Assembly: GCA_030603385.1 (NCBI GenBank)
Contig: JAUVXW010000051.1
Coordinates: forward strand, 1 to 11,944
Reading direction: 5' to 3'
Length of the DNA: 11,944 nt
From: Promethearchaeota archaeon
GTDB taxonomy: Archaea > Asgardarchaeota > Lokiarchaeia > Sigyniarchaeales > SOKP01
A program made the translations under genes and the position numbers. Below, piece after piece: positions 7,400 through 11,944 of this stretch (position 1 is the stretch's first letter; every line of letters starts with the position of its first letter). The notes beneath the pieces are model-generated. The model did not search any database, was not told where the DNA came from, and saw only the letters and a list, made by a program, of their open reading frames with translations.

Positions 7400-7747
7400 C
7401 TATCCTATCCTAGGAAATAAGATAGATGTTAGATAGAGTTGTCCATTAATAATTTGATATCCGTCAATACCTCCACCTCTCTGAATATCAAATTCTTTTT
7501 CTATTAGTATATAACCAATATTGTCTTTATCCTTGCATTCCTCTAACATAACTTTTAGATATTTGATAGTTTTTGTTTCAGAGATTCCTCGATCTATTAC
7601 TAATTCTAAACCAGCTGGAGTTTTAGAAATTTGCGCTATTCCAAATCTTATAAAACCGTTATTTTGAAGTGGTTTCAAACAGATATATACATAACTTTGA
7701 GGATTTAAATCATCTATCCTATTTTTCAATCTTCTAATTATTTGCAT
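7400..7747 (-). CDS. Hypothetical protein, 115 aa
   Basis: Non-overlapping ORF filling the gap, with protein-like alpha/beta composition; no family recognised. Confidence 0.65.
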   Translation of the reverse strand: MQIIRRLKNRIDDLNPQSYVYICLKPLQNNGFIRFGIAQISKTPAGLELVIDRGISETKTIKYLKVMLEECKDKDNIGYILIEKEFDIQRGGGIDGYQIINGQLYLTSILFPRIG

Positions 7748-7801
7748 TATTAATCAATTTTTAAACTTTTATTCTTAATATCAAAGGAGATATGTCAAGC
7801 A

Positions 7802-8887
7802 TTATTTTTCAAATGGTAATAAAGTATTAATCATCATAATCAGAAAGCTAGTCGCCACCTTTACTTCATCTAAAGTTATAATATGGGGTTTTGATTTTCC
7901 ATGAGATGCCGCTGTGCTTGCTAATCCGCTTATTATAAATTTGCTTGATTCTAAAAGATAGTAGAATCCTTTAGTATCAAGATTTTTACTATATTTCGGA
8001 AATTTAAAGAGATTTGTTATATTTTGTCTCATAGTTTCTGCAAGAGGCCAGACTGTACCATCTTCAGTTTTCTTCCCATCATGAAGAGTTTCTATTTTAT
8101 GGTTTAATAGGAATCTTTTAAAAAAAGACTCTTGAGCCTTTCTACAGTTTGAGAGTGCATCGGGATGGTTTCCATTAGATAGATGCTCGTAGACTTTATC
8201 CATATCCTTAATGACATTATCGTATTTTTTAGCACTCAATAAATCATAGACTCTTCTTTTTTCTTCCGAAGACATTGTTACTCCAAAAAATCTCAAATAA
8301 CCATCATTTGAGAGCGAAAATGCTTCATATCCCAATTCTATTAATATTTCGTTTATTTTTGAGATAAAAGTACTAGATTTACATATTTCCTTGGGAGAAC
8401 GAGCTGATATACCAAAAATATTATAGAATTCACCAAAGATTTGATTATCACCAGCATTTTCAAGAGCCATATCCCATCCCCCAGATTCATCTTTAAGTGC
8501 AAGAAAGTAATATAAAATTCTAAAGAAGTATTGTAATTTCATAAAATCGCGCGTTTTTAAATATATATCATCTTTTGGTTTTTTGTTTATACTAGATAAA
8601 CATTCCATTAACTTTCTACTTAAGTCATTAATGAATCTATAATAATCTTCTACGCGATATCTAAGATATACCCCAGAGTAAGGTGGAAATAATTGATACC
8701 CCTTTTGATCCAATAAATCGAAGATTTTAGAAGCCCAAAGGTTTTTCATTATTTCACCTATACCACGTTCTCTTAATGTGTTTAACCAATGTTCACTAAT
8801 ACTAATATCGTAAGGATAAACTCGGAGTAATCGAGAGAGTAATTCTATCCCCCTCTGAGGATCAGGTTTTACGATTTTTTCTTTCAT
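7802..8887 (-). CDS. Hypothetical protein with C-terminal Abi-C/HEPN-like domain
   Basis: C-terminal pattern ...DKVYEHL..GNHPDALSNCRKAQESFFK...IISGLASTAASHG...EVKVATSFLIMMINTL resembles Abi-C/AbiJ-type HEPN domains. The Arg of the RxxxxH motif is missing. Confidence 0.6.
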   Translation of the reverse strand: MKEKIVKPDPQRGIELLSRLLRVYPYDISISEHWLNTLRERGIGEIMKNLWASKIFDLLDQKGYQLFPPYSGVYLRYRVEDYYRFINDLSRKLMECLSSINKKPKDDIYLKTRDFMKLQYFFRILYYFLALKDESGGWDMALENAGDNQIFGEFYNIFGISARSPKEICKSSTFISKINEILIELGYEAFSLSNDGYLRFFGVTMSSEEKRRVYDLLSAKKYDNVIKDMDKVYEHLSNGNHPDALSNCRKAQESFFKRFLLNHKIETLHDGKKTEDGTVWPLAETMRQNITNLFKFPKYSKNLDTKGFYYLLESSKFIISGLASTAASHGKSKPHIITLDEVKVATSFLIMMINTLLPFEK

Positions 8888-8990
8888 TAGGCATTTGTGT
8901 TTATTGTTCTATTATTATTGAAAGAATAATTTATAGATTAATTAAACTTTTTTATTAAATTGGTATGTTTAATTCGTACCTTCCACCATT

Positions 8991-9713
8991 TTAATCCATA
9001 ATTTTGAATTTCTTCTTAATTGAACTGTAAATAAAGCTAATGTAGGATTGAATATTTCTACAGCATTCACCGAGATAATTATCATCGCATTTTAATTCTT
9101 TATTTATTTCTTTATCTGATAAAACTAATTTCTTAAGATAAACACTGGAAATCTTTCCATCGTTATGAACTATTATATTTCTTCTGTAATAGTTTTCTCT
9201 TAATTGCTCCCAGTATTCAAATTCTTCTTTTAGATTAATATTAAATTTATCCTTTAACAATTGCACAATGGTATCAATATCTAAATATCCATACTGGTTC
9301 ACTTCGTTCTGGATTATGTATTCATGTAAATCGTTAATATCAGAAAATTTTAATATCAATTCATAATTCAGTTGTTTCTTTTTACTTTTCATTAGTTCTG
9401 GTTTATATTTATATAATGTTTGAAAGAAGTCCTTATTGAAGGCTTCAAATAGAGAGAAAAGATAAATTAAACTCATTTTGGGAATATGTTCCTCTATTAA
9501 ATCAAATTTTTCAAATAAGCTATGACCGAGCTTATCGTATTTGTCTGGTTTCCTTTCTTTTACGGGAATATAGTCTTTACCGCTCTCAATACTTTTTAAT
9601 TGTGCAAGTTGAGTTTTCCAAAAATAATTGCTTGCCGCATTCATTTCTAGAACTAAAGTTGTATGATAATTGTAATAATATAATAATTTATCAATTTCAG
9701 AGTTTAAATCCAT
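8991..9713 (-). CDS. HEPN-domain putative RNase
   Basis: LIYLFSLFEAFNKD helix and LRENYYRRNIIVHNDGKI with an intact R-x4-H motif; typical of stand-alone HEPN proteins (RiboL-PSP-HEPN-like). Confidence 0.75.
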   Translation of the reverse strand: MDLNSEIDKLLYYYNYHTTLVLEMNAASNYFWKTQLAQLKSIESGKDYIPVKERKPDKYDKLGHSLFEKFDLIEEHIPKMSLIYLFSLFEAFNKDFFQTLYKYKPELMKSKKKQLNYELILKFSDINDLHEYIIQNEVNQYGYLDIDTIVQLLKDKFNINLKEEFEYWEQLRENYYRRNIIVHNDGKISSVYLKKLVLSDKEINKELKCDDNYLGECCRNIQSYISFIYSSIKKKFKIMD

Positions 9714-9901
9714 AAAATCACTATTTTGATTTTCATTTTTAATATAGCTTAATAAGATATAAGATTTTTTTATCTGTAATTCGTGATATGCTTGGATAAA
9801 ATGAAGTATTTTTTCTTTATAAAAAGAGAGAGATAATTAATTATGGTAAATTTGTGTTAGGCTTGCCCCTTTCGTTTTATAAATCGCAATTATTTTTTAG
9901 G

Positions 9902-10321
9902 TTATGAGATACCCGGGAATCTTCTTTCTAAGATATCAATTAATTTCTGAGCATCTTCTGTTTTTTTCTTACTTAATTCAGCGTATATCGCACATAAGAC
10001 TCTAAACTTAGTTTCATTCATAACCGAATATTTTAATGAGTTTTTACAACTCTCAAAAAAATCTCGTATTTTGATTTTGTAAGCTTTTTCTTTGACATAT
10101 TCGTTTTTATCCTGTTCAGTCAAGAAACTCAAAAGATAATAATGCTGTTCTGGATTTAGATCAAATAACTCAAGTAGCTCCAAAATTCTTTCGGAATCAT
10201 CACTCTTTCTACTATTGATGATCTTTTCTCTTAGTAAAGCAATAGCAACTGACTTTTTGATTTCTTTATTCTTATATTTCTGATACACTTCGTCCGGTGT
10301 TAAATGTGATAAATCAGGCAT
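9902..10321 (-). CDS. Small alpha-helical HEAT-like protein
   Basis: LTPDEVYQKYKNKEIKKSVAIALL...DKNEYVKEKAY...LKYSVMNET resembles the N-terminal helical module that I recall preceding LRR regions in Lokiarchaeia proteins; here it stands alone. Confidence 0.65.
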   Translation of the reverse strand: MPDLSHLTPDEVYQKYKNKEIKKSVAIALLREKIINSRKSDDSERILELLELFDLNPEQHYYLLSFLTEQDKNEYVKEKAYKIKIRDFFESCKNSLKYSVMNETKFRVLCAIYAELSKKKTEDAQKLIDILERRFPGIS

Positions 10322-10488
10322 CTTAAATATATTATCTATAAATATTTATTTAAATATCAATTAAAATGATACTTTTTTTTTACTAATGTCTTTTTCCTTA
10401 TTGATTATTTGTCGTAATAAATATAATGTTTGGATTATTTATTTTAGTTAAGCCTCTCTCGGTTTTTCGTAATTTAAAATAAAAAAGA

Positions 10489-11943
10489 TTAAAAAATATT
10501 AATCAACTTTCTTAAATTATCTTGGATTCCGTAAATAGCTATAGATGCTAATAATTTACTAAAATTTTTGAAATTTCTAACTAGTCTGTTATCCTCTATA
10601 GTATCAGCAGTTAAATTACTGGGATCATCTCTGCTACGTTGAATCTCATCTTTATTAGTTGGAATTGTTTTTGTATCTGTTCTGATGGGATTCTCAGCAA
10701 AATAATTTGAATTGGGAGATTCATTATCATTCTTTTCTCTTCCTTCGTTATAACAGTATTGCATAGCACATGCGGTGAAATAAACTGACCAAGCTAACAA
10801 GGTTTCAACTTTATCATAAAATAAACGATGTACACTGTTTTCTCTACCATTGATTTCGATATCTTCCTTCCAATCCCAATAAACATCAGATGAATATGGT
10901 GTATTATTTAAATACAGCCCGCTATTCTCAGCTTCAAATTTATTATTACCTGTAAAAGGTATATGTTGATGATTTCCATCAGTTCTAAAAGCTGTATTAA
11001 TTGTTTCGAGAGCCATGAAGGTTGCAGCAAGACTTGGTGGGGTCGGAATAATTGGACCAAGAATTGCTTTGTGTGTATTCCATGAGAAGAAAACTGTTTC
11101 AGGACCTCCATTAGATCCATATGATTTATCCCATTTTGTTAGACTTGCTAGTTGATTTTCAAACCATGTGTGATACATAGTTTCAAGATAAACATGTTTG
11201 TGTGTTGATGATTTTAAAACATGTGCAGGTACCATTAGGTCCGCAATATAATGAGTCATTGCACCTAACCAACCTGCTGCTGCTTCAGGTTGCATTGCTG
11301 AAACTCTATTTCCATCTTCGTCTATTTTAGTATTTCCAATACACTTGATGGCTTCTTCTCCAAGCAATGTAATTTTATTTATACAAGCTGGATCTTCAAG
11401 ACCAAAAACATACAAGTTATTACCAATATTTTCTTCTTTAAAATGAAAAAGATCTGTTCCGCCTTGTCCAACCCATTTGCCACCCCATCTCTCTAAATCT
11501 TTAACTCTTGTATCTTCATTTTGTATGTAGATTTCTTGAATATCTGGATAGTCGGTCTTTTTCATATCTGGCATCTGTGTTGCAAAAAGAAAAGTGAAAT
11601 AACCTCTAATTATTTCATGCCGATTTGAAGAAGTAAAATAATTAGCTTTCCATGCTGGCCATTTGTTTCTAGCAATATCTGAGTTTATTAACCAAATCCA
11701 ATCACTAAAAAACAATGGATTCTTAATTACATCTCTTAATGTTCGCAATGCAGCGTCTGCTATCCAATCATGAGTTCCATAATGTGAACCATCATAGCCT
11801 TGTGCCCCTGGAACACTACTTTTTCCAAAAACATATTCAGTTGGATTTTTAGGATGTCTATATCTATCATCTGTCATTACTGTGCCAGGAAATCCCATAC
11901 CCCAATAATTAGGACCATTATTACAAGCGATTGTATCCGAAAT
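10489..11943 (-). CDS. Zinc-dependent phospholipase C / S1-P1 nuclease superfamily protein (5' truncated by window)
   Basis: YGTHDWIA, QMPD, GWLGAMTHYIADLMVPAH and YHTWFE are the Zn-ligand motifs of this fold. The frame stays open past the track start 11898 to the window edge (ISDTIACNNGPNYWG-MGFPG). Confidence 0.8.
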   Translation of the reverse strand: MSDTIACNNGPNYWGMGFPGTVMTDDRYRHPKNPTEYVFGKSSVPGAQGYDGSHYGTHDWIADAALRTLRDVIKNPLFFSDWIWLINSDIARNKWPAWKANYFTSSNRHEIIRGYFTFLFATQMPDMKKTDYPDIQEIYIQNEDTRVKDLERWGGKWVGQGGTDLFHFKEENIGNNLYVFGLEDPACINKITLLGEEAIKCIGNTKIDEDGNRVSAMQPEAAAGWLGAMTHYIADLMVPAHVLKSSTHKHVYLETMYHTWFENQLASLTKWDKSYGSNGGPETVFFSWNTHKAILGPIIPTPPSLAATFMALETINTAFRTDGNHQHIPFTGNNKFEAENSGLYLNNTPYSSDVYWDWKEDIEINGRENSVHRLFYDKVETLLAWSVYFTACAMQYCYNEGREKNDNESPNSNYFAENPIRTDTKTIPTNKDEIQRSRDDPSNLTADTIEDNRLVRNFKNFSKLLASIAIYGIQDNLRKLINIF

Positions 11944-11944
11944 T

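Noticed and set aside
683-10480. Integron attC sites or CRISPR array as the explanation for the intergenic repeats
   Set aside because: No paired RYYYAAC...GTTRRRY palindromes, no integrase in the window and no regular repeat-spacer periodicity.
10908-11120. Track ORF of 70 aa nested in the PLC-like gene
   Set aside because: Alternative-frame ORF inside a motif-bearing CDS; no independent support.

Overview
AT-rich archaeal-looking window. The Elf1-like zinc ribbons, terminal zinc ribbons, PYPYVFKPP motif and HEAT-like module point to Asgard/Lokiarchaeia (inference from memory, not a search). Left part (about 680-2550): a tandem duplication of a gene unit (shared upstream block, gene, shared 3' motif). 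The ORF track starts both genes too late. Each reading frame begins upstream and is interrupted at the same position by a 30-nt segment carrying an in-frame TAG. That segment folds into a bulge-helix-bulge (BHB) motif. Cutting at the canonical archaeal splicing-endonuclease positions removes exactly 30 nt in both copies and joins TGC CCA AAA|TGT GGT, giving C-P-K-C-G and restoring an Elf1-type zinc ribbon. This is a strong candidate for tRNA-type BHB introns in protein-coding mRNAs and is the main finding. Right part: a defence island with an OLD-family ATPase-TOPRIM nuclease, a two-gene CBASS (HEPN/DUF4145-like-SAVED effector split by an A12 tract, plus an OAS-like CD-NTase) and two further HEPN-like genes. 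It ends with a HEAT-like small protein and a 5'-truncated Zn-dependent phospholipase C/P1-nuclease-family gene.
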